From a virus: a stretch of DNA of 64,000 bases. The stretch is from positions 13,761 through 77,760 of the IMG/VR virus record IMGVR_UViG_3300022843_000013. One strand, 5' to 3'. Positions 26,828-36,224 of the stretch are shown one piece after another. Made by a program: the position numbers and the translations under genes. The notes under the pieces are model-generated. The model was not told the origin of the DNA, made no database searches, and saw nothing but the letters and a program-made list of their open reading frames with translations. Position 1 is the first letter of the stretch. Every line of letters begins with the position of its first letter.

Positions 26828-28542
26828 CGATTCAAGTGTTGTTCCAGAAACGTGTGCTTCATGTCGTCTGACTGGTTCGCGTAAGTCAAAACCAGCTGCA
26901 GATCGGCCTCGGCGGACCTAGCCTTGTCGTCGAGCCGTCGGAATGCCTCCGCCGGGATGTCATCGGGTGACAGGCCCAGCCTGAGGGGCTTTGAAGTCGA
27001 CGGCCTAACCCACTCGATCTTACCGTCGCTGCTCATCTTACGCAGATGGCCGGCTACCGTCTGGGGCGCCCGACTGAGTTGCTCGGCCAGCTCGTCCAAG
27101 TTTATCTGAACCCACCCGTCATCCCCTTCCAATCCGATATCATAAATGGCGTCTCGCGCTTTCTTGTCCGTAGGAGTGAGGGACGGAATGTTCTCAGCGA
27201 AACGGACGCGTGACTTGCGTGCGGCACTCTCGTCATTAATGAACATGCGTTCGCCGTGGCAGAAAGCCATTATCGACTGCACCGCGAATGTATCGACGCC
27301 AGCTTGTCGGGCTATGTCGTCACGCTTCGCCGTAATAATACCGCTGGATCCCTCGCGCATACTCTTGGCTGCGGCCCAGAATTTCCGTATGTCTTCCTGG
27401 GACGGACTACCGCATCGGATGAAGTGTCGCTGCGTGCGAACGCCCTCCTTGGTCGGAATAATCGTGCAGAAAGAATCCGCACCGTCCCGACCTGCGCGCC
27501 CGAACTCTTGCGTGTAAGCCACTAGCGTCCCTGGTATGTCGAAGTGGACTACGGACCTAATGTCGCCCTTGTCTACGCCCATACCGAAGGCGCACGTGGC
27601 TACGATGATAGCGTCCGGAGACGCCATGAACTTGTCCTGCTGGTAAGTTCGATCTTTCGTGGACATCTTTCCGTGGTAGAACAGGATGTCCCGATCTGTG
27701 TAAGACTGCAGGGTGGACGCGTAGAGCTCCACGCGCTTTGTAGTGGACGCGTAAACAATCGTCGCCCCCGGGCAGTTCTCAAGCAACCATTGATACTGGT
27801 CGGATTGATTTTCGGTGAATAGGGACGACAGGTGCAGGTTAGTCCGTCTCGGGTAGTGGTAGATTAACTCCGCCCCCTCGATACCAAGACCGGCTCGGCA
27901 TTCAGCCTCAGCGTCGGACGAGAGCGTAGCTGAGAAAGCTGCGACAACTTTGGGAGCGACGTCCTGAATCATGAGGCCCGCGGACTTATAGCCGGGACGG
28001 AAGGTGTCGGCCCAGTCCGCGAATGTGTGGCACTCGTCGAGGGCTACGAAATCAGGAGGATACTGTCGCACCACGTTAGCCCACTCCGGGTTGGCGAATC
28101 GCTCCGGGGAGACGAGCATAAACTGCAGGTCGCCCGCCGCCCAATCCCGGAGGACCGAAGCGTTGTGCCCGTCAGTCTCGGCGCTGGATATCGTCGCAGC
28201 GGCCAGTCCTTTGCGCTGCATCGAGGTTGACTGATCCCTCATCAGGGCGATAAGCGGGTATATGATGATAGTCTTCCACCCCATGCACAACGTGGGGACC
28301 ACGAAGCATGCGGACTTACCTAAGGAAGTCGGCAGTATCACCACGGAATCTCGGCCCGTCATGATGGATTTGACCGCGCGGTCCTGACCTGGTCGGAGGC
28401 TTTCGAACCCGAGTTGATTCAGGACGTAGGGCATCTTCTTCATACCCTCTGCATATGCTTTCACTTGACCCATGGTAGCGACTTCTTTTCTAGATTCGAT
28501 CTTGATGTCTTTCGACGATGTTTTTTTTACAGCTGGTGGCAT
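26824..28542 (-). CDS. recQ: RecQ-family DNA helicase
   Basis: LRPGQ, LPTSLGKS, PLIALMRDQ, SPER, DECH..W...FRP.Y, SAT, AFGMGVDK, QEFGRAGRDG. Confidence 0.93.
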   Translation of the reverse strand: MPPAVKKTSSKDIKIESRKEVATMGQVKAYAEGMKKMPYVLNQLGFESLRPGQDRAVKSIMTGRDSVVILPTSLGKSACFVVPTLCMGWKTIIIYPLIALMRDQSTSMQRKGLAAATISSAETDGHNASVLRDWAAGDLQFMLVSPERFANPEWANVVRQYPPDFVALDECHTFADWADTFRPGYKSAGLMIQDVAPKVVAAFSATLSSDAEAECRAGLGIEGAELIYHYPRRTNLHLSSLFTENQSDQYQWLLENCPGATIVYASTTKRVELYASTLQSYTDRDILFYHGKMSTKDRTYQQDKFMASPDAIIVATCAFGMGVDKGDIRSVVHFDIPGTLVAYTQEFGRAGRDGADSFCTIIPTKEGVRTQRHFIRCGSPSQEDIRKFWAAAKSMREGSSGIITAKRDDIARQAGVDTFAVQSIMAFCHGERMFINDESAARKSRVRFAENIPSLTPTDKKARDAIYDIGLEGDDGWVQINLDELAEQLSRAPQTVAGHLRKMSSDGKIEWVRPSTSKPLRLGLSPDDIPAEAFRRLDDKARSAEADLQLVLTYANQSDDMKHTFLEQHLNR

Positions 28543-29006
28543 GATGATAATTGGACTGCGGTTACGACGCTAGTTCTTCCGTCTTCGGTGACTACGGTGT
28601 GGAATATCCCGCGTATGGGGAGATTCCACACCGACCTGATGAACGGTGTGTCTCGTTGGCTCGAAGCGGCAACGAGCCATATGGCGTCTTTGCCGCTTCG
28701 CTGCGTGTCTTTTACGACCCACACTTCCCCGGACGAGCACAGCATCTCGTCAACGAACTCGGAAACCATTCCCGGCTTAGAGTTCATGATGCTGTTGGCG
28801 ACATCCACTTCCCAGGCATACAGGCCGACAACTTCGGACACGAGCATACTTTGATACGGGGGAATTCCGTCCATTTCTGAGTAGCGCTCGCATACTTCTT
28901 CAACGGTCTCTAGAGGGGACACGCCGAGTATGGAGGCTAGAGTGCGGGCTACTCCGGTTCCGGAGGCCTTCACTACCTTGGGTGTTATTTTCTTACGTGG
29001 TGGCAT
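28527..29006 (-). CDS. hypothetical protein
   Basis: 159-aa ORF between recA and recQ. Confidence 0.65.
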   Translation of the reverse strand: MPPRKKITPKVVKASGTGVARTLASILGVSPLETVEEVCERYSEMDGIPPYQSMLVSEVVGLYAWEVDVANSIMNSKPGMVSEFVDEMLCSSGEVWVVKDTQRSGKDAIWLVAASSQRDTPFIRSVWNLPIRGIFHTVVTEDGRTSVVTAVQLSSCHQL

Positions 29007-30643
29007 TACTGTATTGTTGGTGGCTTCTCCTCTGCCTCTCCCTGCTCGTCTGCGGTCGCCTCAACTAGCCCCTCGACCATACCGGCAATCTCGTCGAGAT
29101 CGTCGTCATCTTCATCCGGTGGCTTTTCCTCGTCTACCGGCTCCTCGTAGCCTTCAATGCCGAGCGCTGCACCGACGAATTCCAACTCGTTCGGGTTTGC
29201 GTATAGAGCGGCGTACAACGCCTCGTCGGTGACGGCTACGCATCCAAGCACGTCGCACGTGTAGCGGGGACCTGCGGACATGTTGGCGGTGTTGACGGTC
29301 GTCCCGAGAAGTCCGCGCTTGACCATAAACGAGGCAAACCCGGGGGCGTAGGACAACGGGCGCCCGTAGGTTTCCTTGGTGTCTTCGTATTTGTCATAGT
29401 AAAGCGCGAAGTCGCACTGTCGGAGCTTTGCCCCGTAGCTATTCTTGATCATCGTCAGGCGGACGTTCTGCCCGTATGTGAGTTTATCTCCTGACTTTTC
29501 CTTAATGTCCCCGACGCCCATCAGCGTGAACCTGTAGGCGCAGAACTGACGGAACGCCCGCCCGCCGATGCGCGTGTCGTTTTTAGTCTCGGAAGGTGTC
29601 ATGAATGAAGGTAGGGATTTCTTCATATCGACGCGCTCGTTCTGGTGGTTTACGTAGATCATGACGCAGTTATACTCATCCATGAACTCTCCCATCTCTC
29701 GCTTAGTGACCTGAGCGTGTTTTGAGTGCCCCATATTGGACCCAGAGAGGGCGTCTTTCGGCGCCTCTTTCTTAGCGTTCGCCGGTAAGCCCCAGCTTGA
29801 TCGACCCACGGCCTCCGCGGAAGACTTAAGGCTGGACCAAGGGTCGACCACCACGAATATGGGGTTGCCCTTCGTCTCCGGGTTCTCGTCGCATCTCTTG
29901 CGAAGCTCGGGAACGGTTTGCTTGATCGTGTTGTCACACTCGACAAGCTGTCGGGCGCTGGAGAACTCGATAGTATTCAGGAGAAGCGCGGCCGTCTTCT
30001 TGTTTTTGTGCAGGATCCTGGAGATGTGCTCCGGCTTCATCTGTTTGTTCTCGCACTCGATATAGAGGGAGTAGCAGCCCATCATGGACGCCCTCCCCAA
30101 GAAGTCGAATATCCATGTGGTCTTCCCTACGGAGTCTGGGGCTACCATCTCGATGGCGGTAGGCGTGCGCAGACCGATGCATCCGATGACGTTCTGCATG
30201 CCGATCTCCTCGAACGGAAAAAGTGTCTTACGTAGCATTGAGGGCGTGTATAAGCGGACGGGCCGCTTGGCGGACCTCTCGTTCAAGATGTCCATCGTTT
30301 TGTTCACGTTCTCCGCCATGCTGTGCAGAACTTTTCCTTGGTTATCGGACGTTATGCGACGCTTGATGGTTTGATTCTTGGAACTCAAAAGGTCGGGTTT
30401 GTAGGACGGTCTTTTCTTGGCTGCCTTTTTGGCTGCCTTTTTAGCGACCTTCTTGGCTGCGACCTTTTTAGCGGCTTTCTTAGCGGCTTTCTTGGCGGGC
30501 ACCCTCTTGGCTACCTTATCGTTGGCTGTCTTATCGTTGGCTGCCTTAATGGTTTCGTATATCTTCAATGAGATTTCCGCTGATGTGGCGGTGGTTTTAT
30601 TTTCCTCCGGCTCCTTTTCTGAAGTCTTTTCGTTTTCGTTCAT
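29006..30643 (-). CDS. RecA/UvsX-like recombinase with a histone H1-like N-terminal extension
   Basis: Walker A APDSVGKTT, YIECE, VVVDPWS, YVNHQ, IGGRAF, IKNSYG; KKAAKK repeats at the N-terminus. Confidence 0.8.
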   Translation of the reverse strand: MNENEKTSEKEPEENKTTATSAEISLKIYETIKAANDKTANDKVAKRVPAKKAAKKAAKKVAAKKVAKKAAKKAAKKRPSYKPDLLSSKNQTIKRRITSDNQGKVLHSMAENVNKTMDILNERSAKRPVRLYTPSMLRKTLFPFEEIGMQNVIGCIGLRTPTAIEMVAPDSVGKTTWIFDFLGRASMMGCYSLYIECENKQMKPEHISRILHKNKKTAALLLNTIEFSSARQLVECDNTIKQTVPELRKRCDENPETKGNPIFVVVDPWSSLKSSAEAVGRSSWGLPANAKKEAPKDALSGSNMGHSKHAQVTKREMGEFMDEYNCVMIYVNHQNERVDMKKSLPSFMTPSETKNDTRIGGRAFRQFCAYRFTLMGVGDIKEKSGDKLTYGQNVRLTMIKNSYGAKLRQCDFALYYDKYEDTKETYGRPLSYAPGFASFMVKRGLLGTTVNTANMSAGPRYTCDVLGCVAVTDEALYAALYANPNELEFVGAALGIEGYEEPVDEEKPPDEDDDDLDEIAGMVEGLVEATADEQGEAEEKPPTIQ

Positions 30644-30670
30644 AGTAATTTGAGATGGGTAAAAGTTAGA

Positions 30671-30701
30671 AAAGGCCGAGCAGCGGGGCTGCTCGGCCTT
30701 T
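30671..30701 (-). terminator. intrinsic terminator
   Basis: aaaggccgagcagc...gctgctcggccttt with a T-tract on the minus strand. Confidence 0.65.
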
Positions 30702-30731
30702 GGTAGTAGAGTGCGTGTGCGCTCTCTTGTG

Positions 30732-32345
30732 TTAGTCCAGGAGTAGGATCACCTCATCAAGGAGAGGCTGCGGGACTTGGACGGATGCGTCTCCTCCGGT
30801 TACTTCGTAGACACGGCGTGCCCAGCTATCAACGGACGCCTTCACGTCCTCGGAGAGTGCGGCGTAAGCGTCGTCGTCAAACGGGTTGCGGCGGATCTTA
30901 AGGATAGCATCCTCCGGGCTTTCCTGGTCGGACCCGCCCATAGGCGGCGGTGTGTCCTCCATAGCAGGTGGCGTGTCCTCCATGGGCGGCGGTGCATCCT
31001 CCGTAGGGCGTGCGATCTCAAACAGACCACACACAGCGATACCTACCCAAGTGGACCCGTCGACGCAAACTTTGTAGTTGTCGGCTTTCCCGGATTCGTA
31101 GACTTGCTGTAGCTCAGCGCAGGTGCGCTTCTTGGGGGCCTCACCTTTAACGCCGGACCAATACTTTTCGCCGCTTTCCTTAGCCGGGCCAGGATCTGGG
31201 GATCTCTCTACAGGAGCTGACGCAGGCGCTTTGTCCACGGGGGCCCCTTGCGCGGGGACGAAGGATTCGGACGCCCCGCCTGTAACAGCGGAAAGCGGAT
31301 CCACGAAGCTCGCCGCGGGCTTAGACGCCGCGGGAGAGTTAGAGATCAACGAGCGCTTGCGGCGCTCAGGAATTTCACAGCGATGCCCGCACGCCTCTCG
31401 GATCATCTCCGTAGTGACCTCCTCCGCGTAGCTGTTCACCATGTATTCCACTTGTTCCTCGTAGGTGGGGAAGTTCCAGTTGTTCGGGTCGCACAGCGGG
31501 AAACGCTTCGCGAGGACATCATCCGTGATGGTCGTCTCCTTTGGACGATCGTCGAGGTATCCCCGAGACTCGGTCAGGCACAGCACGTTTGTCTCCGTGT
31601 TATCCTTGGCGTCAACCTTGAATTTGGAGACGTGAAACGGAAGCGCCTTCTTAGGGTTGGTGGGGTCTCCGATGAGATAGCGCGGGTAGTTCGGATCACG
31701 AGGCTGCGCGTTACCCTCGTGAAGCCATCTGAGCTGCTCCACGACGTAGGAGTGCGCCGTGCCGGTGTAGAGAAGGACCTGCATACGCTTTTCCTTGTTC
31801 TTGTTGTCGCTCCCGTAACCGAGAGAAACGTATCGCGACGATCGGTTGGGAACGAGAGCGTCGGTGCGAGCGTCAGGCTTGGACAAGAAGAAATCTTTCT
31901 GGTCTTTGGTGAACTCTTTGTGAAACCTGACCCAGGTTTTGAGATCGTCGAATGCGTCCGCCAACTGATCGCGACCGCATTCGCCTCCGCCGATCATGTT
32001 TCCTCGGTTCTGAGGGGACAGCCAGTGCTCCTTTTTCTCACCCAAGAACGGGTAGACGATGAGGGGGACCGCCCAAGAAGACGGAGCGAAGTGCCTGCCG
32101 TCGTGCGCATCGGTGACATCAGTCCAGCACGGAGCGACGGATGTAGGGAAGGCCTGGTCCTCGGTGTCTAGGTTGTAGTAGTCGTGCGAAGGGAGGATGA
32201 TAGTGTCAAGCTGTTCCTTTACGGAGCCGGCGCCGATCATCTCGATGCTGTAGCCGAGTCCACGAAGTTTCTTTGAGAGCAGCGGGCGATAGTCGCCCTC
32301 TCCCCAGATCTTAGTTTCGTCGGTGATTGGAATAAATTTAGCCAT
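30732..32345 (-). CDS. hypothetical protein, possibly ssDNA-binding or recombination-associated
   Basis: 537 aa with globular N-terminus and acidic/Pro-rich tail (MEDTPP repeats), upstream of recA; function inferred from context only. Confidence 0.5.
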   Translation of the reverse strand: MAKFIPITDETKIWGEGDYRPLLSKKLRGLGYSIEMIGAGSVKEQLDTIILPSHDYYNLDTEDQAFPTSVAPCWTDVTDAHDGRHFAPSSWAVPLIVYPFLGEKKEHWLSPQNRGNMIGGGECGRDQLADAFDDLKTWVRFHKEFTKDQKDFFLSKPDARTDALVPNRSSRYVSLGYGSDNKNKEKRMQVLLYTGTAHSYVVEQLRWLHEGNAQPRDPNYPRYLIGDPTNPKKALPFHVSKFKVDAKDNTETNVLCLTESRGYLDDRPKETTITDDVLAKRFPLCDPNNWNFPTYEEQVEYMVNSYAEEVTTEMIREACGHRCEIPERRKRSLISNSPAASKPAASFVDPLSAVTGGASESFVPAQGAPVDKAPASAPVERSPDPGPAKESGEKYWSGVKGEAPKKRTCAELQQVYESGKADNYKVCVDGSTWVGIAVCGLFEIARPTEDAPPPMEDTPPAMEDTPPPMGGSDQESPEDAILKIRRNPFDDDAYAALSEDVKASVDSWARRVYEVTGGDASVQVPQPLLDEVILLLD

Positions 32346-32406
32346 AGTAGTATTTTTTTTAGATGGAAAGGGCAGACGTGAATGTCCGCCCTTTCCGGTT
32401 GTTTTG

Positions 32407-33033
32407 TTAGTCTGATTCTGAAGCGATTGCCTGGGCGTCGACTGCCTGCGAAGAGACCGAAGCAGCCTTAGCTCCGGGCTTTATGCGAACCTCCATTGTG
32501 TTCACGCCTACGCTTACGACAGTTCCGGATGATCCGATCTTTGTTCCGGCCGCGAATTCGGTCTCGGCGTTGATCAAAGCGTCCAGGTCTAACACGAGCT
32601 TTTGCAGTAAAGACGCGGTCGTGTTAGGTGGGGTTTTAGTGATGCGACAGACCGCACCGTCTAAGAGCCACTCGACGACTACGGTCTTGTTTTCGACCTG
32701 CGACAAGGCCACCATTTTGTGCGCTAGGACATTCTTGGGTATGATATCGATACCGATGGCCCTGGCTTTATCGTTGTCGTTGTTGTTGAGGTGCACGTTA
32801 AACTGGTGCTTCAGCAAAATGTCCAGACCGTCGGGGGCCTCCCCTTCTTCAGCACTACCCGCCGCATACAAGAAGAGCTCTTTTGTAGTCGGGTAGTGAC
32901 ACTGGTCGCTTCGAACGTTCGCAAAAGACAGGAGCAGGGTCACAGCTCCGGTTTTGCGATTCTCTCTGAATTCAGGAGCGGTGATGCGCTGAGCTAGCAT
33001 GCGCTGCGCTGTCTTTCTTGGTTTAATGATCAT
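32407..33033 (-). CDS. hypothetical protein (start MIIKPRK)
   Basis: ORF 32407..33090. Confidence 0.65.
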   Translation of the reverse strand: MIIKPRKTAQRMLAQRITAPEFRENRKTGAVTLLLSFANVRSDQCHYPTTKELFLYAAGSAEEGEAPDGLDILLKHQFNVHLNNNDNDKARAIGIDIIPKNVLAHKMVALSQVENKTVVVEWLLDGAVCRITKTPPNTTASLLQKLVLDLDALINAETEFAAGTKIGSSGTVVSVGVNTMEVRIKPGAKAASVSSQAVDAQAIASESD

Positions 33034-33517
33034 TACGATGAGAGTCCTTTTCGAACTCGGATCGTAGATTGTCAGCTTCCTTAGAAGCATTCAAGTGTTT
33101 TTGTTGAATTTCCTCAACTAAATCTAAGTTACGACGAGTGGGTATGCGACCATCCCGACAAAACCTCTCATGCTCAAGGATAGGAGTAGACACTGCGGCC
33201 GAGTTGCACTTCGGGCAGTCTGCTATGTGGTAGTGACGCATTCTCTCAAACACGAAGCCAGTTTTCTGCCTGCCGGGGGTCATGAAACCCATGAGAGACT
33301 TGCACCCAACGCACACTATGCGAGGCATGTTCTCAAACTCGACTCGGCATTCCAAGCACATGAGCTCCGGGTAGTTCACGATCCCGCTGTACCAAGGCCT
33401 AGTGCTCTCGGTCACGTTCAGCTGCTTACCGCACAAGCACGAAGAGTAGCTAGACAGGTTATTCTGGGGGGTGCTCAGCTGCTTAAGCATCTCGGGCGTT
33501 ACTGCGGGGAGGTCCAT
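33023..33517 (-). CDS. Cys-rich zinc-binding protein
   Basis: CLCG, CLEC, CVGC, CPKC. Confidence 0.65.
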   Translation of the reverse strand: MDLPAVTPEMLKQLSTPQNNLSSYSSCLCGKQLNVTESTRPWYSGIVNYPELMCLECRVEFENMPRIVCVGCKSLMGFMTPGRQKTGFVFERMRHYHIADCPKCNSAAVSTPILEHERFCRDGRIPTRRNLDLVEEIQQKHLNASKEADNLRSEFEKDSHRNDH

Positions 33518-33614
33518 GCGTGCACCTTAATTCGCGCTAGGTAAAGAAGTCAACAGCGGGAGAGTTGTAAGCTCTCCCGATGTTGGATATATTTGGTTGG
33601 TTGGTTGGTTGCGC

Positions 33615-33812
33615 CTAACTGTAACCAGTCAGGCTCGCTACGAAGGCAACGCCTCCGAGACACGCAATGGTTGGTAGCCAGGATACGGCCACGGAAGCGA
33701 TACCGCCAAGAGAGGCGGCGACGGCGGTGGCCGCGAAGGAGACTGCGCATACAAGGAAGGCCGCAAAAGCAACCGCCGAGAGCGCACAGACGAGCATCAT
33801 AAGAATGTCCAT
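33615..33812 (-). CDS. small hydrophobic membrane protein
   Basis: 65-aa almost fully hydrophobic ORF preceded by the repeated upstream motif. Confidence 0.55.
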   Translation of the reverse strand: MDILMMLVCALSAVAFAAFLVCAVSFAATAVAASLGGIASVAVSWLPTIACLGGVAFVASLTGYS

Positions 33813-33831
33813 ATCAAATTATTATGACGCA
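33807..33831 (-). promoter_or_regulatory. repeated upstream motif, copy 2
   Basis: 24/25 identical to 10786..10810. Confidence 0.6.
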
Positions 33832-33852
33832 GTCGTAGTCGTAATTGCACGT

Positions 33853-35535
33853 CTACCTTCCGGCGAACATCGTGATGTCCGCGCAGTTCTCCAGCATGTT
33901 GTGCTTAGCCGACGCCGGGCGGTAATCCCGGGACTCGAGTTCTTTCTTCTCTGCGCCCTTTGGTGGGGTGGACCATTTGTAGACGATGTCCGTGTCGATG
34001 GAGAACTTCAATAGCCGCCCATCGTAGTCCCACGTGTTGTGATCGCACATGTAAACCTGGTGCAGCCTGGCTACTAGAAAGCGCTCTTCCGGCGGGCACA
34101 TCGTAACCACAGAGTCATACAGGCACGTCATGCCGCGCGCTTGTAGACCAAGACGCCGGTAAGCCTCCCCCAGCATGCGGCAGGCCCTAGCGGCGGTAGC
34201 TCCAACTGACTCCTGCAAAGGGTAGTTACGGAGCTCGCGACCCATCGACGACTCTAGTGAGTTTCTCACCCTCCAGTTAACACCAGACCCAGCGCTATGC
34301 GTGAGGCAGTGGCGTATGCGTCCCGACTTCGCACGATACATTCCGTGCGTCTTAGGTATGGCTGCCATCTCTTGCATGAACTCCGTAGCCCTAGGCTGCC
34401 GGGCCTCAATCATGTCGAGCCCCTTATCGCCAGTTCCTGGTTCAGGTTTGATGCCCGTGTCGGACTCGATCTTTCTTTCGATAGACCCGGCCGACGCGCC
34501 GTAAGCGGCGCTGTTCGAAACAAGAACTCCGGAACACGTAAACCTGTGTCGCGGTCCAGCATCTAGGATATCATACGTTTGCGCTTTCCCGCAGATGAAC
34601 GCGCGACACGCCGCGTCAAGGTCTCCGCGCCCGACAACCTGCGCCTTTTTGGAATTTCTGGAAACATCGGGCAAGATGCTGAGCGGGCCAGCGGACCTGA
34701 CAAGCGTAAGCGATCTGGCGCAAGCCTCTTCTAGCCTGCACTTACCGATTTCTTCCGTCCAGACTTCGTGCAGCCTTGTTGCTCGAAGTCCTTGATACTT
34801 GATGATTTCTTTGACTCCTGTATTGACGACGCCCCCATGACTTACCCACTCGACGCCGTCCCATAACAGATCGTCAAGAGAGACCGACTGCAAAGCTACG
34901 ACGCCACGGTCGCGGGTCAGGACTTCAGAGTCCTCCGCGACGCAAAACCCAATAGCCTTGGCCCCGGTCCTCTGCACCTTCTCGTTCATCATCTCGCGAC
35001 CTTTATCGAAAGTCGCTTCGGCAAGAGACCAGTGGGTGTCATACTTGGCTTTCTTCAGATTGCCAAGTGAGTCGCGAGCCAGCATGTCTTCAGTGACAGG
35101 TCCCAGCTTCTCCCCGTCTTTCCAGACGTTCATGATGAAGTCTGGGTCCCGCGCCTCGACGGGAACGGGAGACTTTTCAGAAAACCCCACGCGTACCGAC
35201 GACGCGCCGTAAGGGTTGTCGCTGTTCAGGTAAGCCCAGTCCGGGTCAGGCTCATACAGGATGCGCATCAAATCCGCGTCACCAGATATGATAGCGAGCG
35301 CGAAGCTCTCCGCAGCGCTGTAGTCGCTCTCCACAAAGACCATACCATCCGGTGCCGTAACAACGGACCGTATAGAAGGTAAATCCTCAGGATCTTTATC
35401 CACCCATTGTAGTAGGTCTTCTGGGAGGTCACCCTCCTCGTGTGCTTCTTTTATAACTGCTCCTATAGACTTTGATATTCTCTTGTTTACATATGCGGGC
35501 CAGTTCAGCGTGTTAGGCATCCATGACCGGGTTCT
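33853..35535 (-). CDS. polA: family A DNA polymerase, exon 2 (polymerase domain, intein-containing)
   Basis: RTRSWMPNTLNWP, motif A ESDYSAAE, motif B R.GAKAIGF[intein]SAAYG, NYPLQES, motif C LYDS. Confidence 0.9.
   Translation of the reverse strand, partial: RTRSWMPNTLNWPAYVNKRISKSIGAVIKEAHEEGDLPEDLLQWVDKDPEDLPSIRSVVTAPDGMVFVESDYSAAESFALAIISGDADLMRILYEPDPDWAYLNSDNPYGASSVRVGFSEKSPVPVEARDPDFIMNVWKDGEKLGPVTEDMLARDSLGNLKKAKYDTHWSLAEATFDKGREMMNEKVQRTGAKAIGFCVAEDSEVLTRDRGVVALQSVSLDDLLWDGVEWVSHGGVVNTGVKEIIKYQGLRATRLHEVWTEEIGKCRLEEACARSLTLVRSAGPLSILPDVSRNSKKAQVVGRGDLDAACRAFICGKAQTYDILDAGPRHRFTCSGVLVSNSAAYGASAGSIERKIESDTGIKPEPGTGDKGLDMIEARQPRATEFMQEMAAIPKTHGMYRAKSGRIRHCLTHSAGSGVNWRVRNSLESSMGRELRNYPLQESVGATAARACRMLGEAYRRLGLQARGMTCLYDSVVTMCPPEERFLVARLHQVYMCDHNTWDYDGRLLKFSIDTDIVYKWSTPPKGAEKKELESRDYRPASAKHNMLENCADITMFAGR
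34513..34944 (-). mobile_element. mini-intein (144 aa) in DNA polymerase motif B
   Basis: F|CVAEDSEV..., ATRLH, TYDILDAG, VLVSN|S. Confidence 0.9.
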
Positions 35536-36224
35536 CGTTGTGTTCAGCCTAGCTCGTTAAGCTAAGCCCGCCACGTTTGGTGACAGCTGCAGTTTATTTA
35601 TTATGTCTGCAGACCAGACTATATCATGACCCGACGCGTGCCGGGTCCCTACTATTTCGAACCACTTGGTTCTACTCCCTTTCGGGATAGTCGTTGCACG
35701 TTCCGCCATGCGGCGGCTTCGCTCAGGATTGCCTTCGAAAAGGGTTCCCCTGAATTAAATAGGTTTGCTTTAATCATTACTGATTAAAGGGGCGAGTTTT
35801 AGACAAACTAATTCGCGGACCTCGGCAAAGGTGGCGCGATAACGGATTCGGATAAGTTTTAAGCCGTTCTCCTTGGCGTATTCATTCTTTCTTCGGTCGT
35901 GCTCTTTCAAGTTCTTAGTGTCGAAGTATGTGTCAGGTCCTTCTTGGTAATGCTGCTCCCCGTCTGCCTCTACCAAGGTTTGACAACCTGCGATGTAGAA
36001 GTCGTAGCGTAGAGGTAGGCGCTCGGACGCGCCTAGCAGTCCTCTAAGTTTAGGTTATTCACCTTACCCCGCTCTGCGGGCGTGCACACCCCGCAATAGC
36101 GCTTCTGCCGCATGACAGCGGCACTTACTTCTGTGAATGTGTTGCCGCACATCTCACAATCTTTCTCTAATACTTCCATTACAGCACCCTAAGCGGATGC
36201 TTTTGTTTGTCTACGAAAATTTTC
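35536..36224 (-). mobile_element. group I intron (689 nt) in the DNA polymerase gene
   Basis: Exon 1 ends in U (ACG GGT|) and the intron ends in G (|AGA). Core-like elements GGCAATCCTGAGCGAAGC, GTGCAACGACTATC and ATGATATAGTCTGG. Splicing restores TETG-RTRSWMPN in frame. Confidence 0.88.
35770..36179 (-). pseudogene. degenerate intron-encoded endonuclease (Vsr/DUF559-like)
   Basis: LRYDFY...LVEADGEQHY...HDRRKNEYAKENGLKLIRIRY; the upstream Cys-rich start (MEVLEKDCEMCG) is separated by a frameshift or stop. Confidence 0.7.

Noticed and set aside
22300-26830. Complete integron with intI and attI
   Set aside because: No tyrosine recombinase ORF is recognisable in the window, so only a CALIN-like array is supported.
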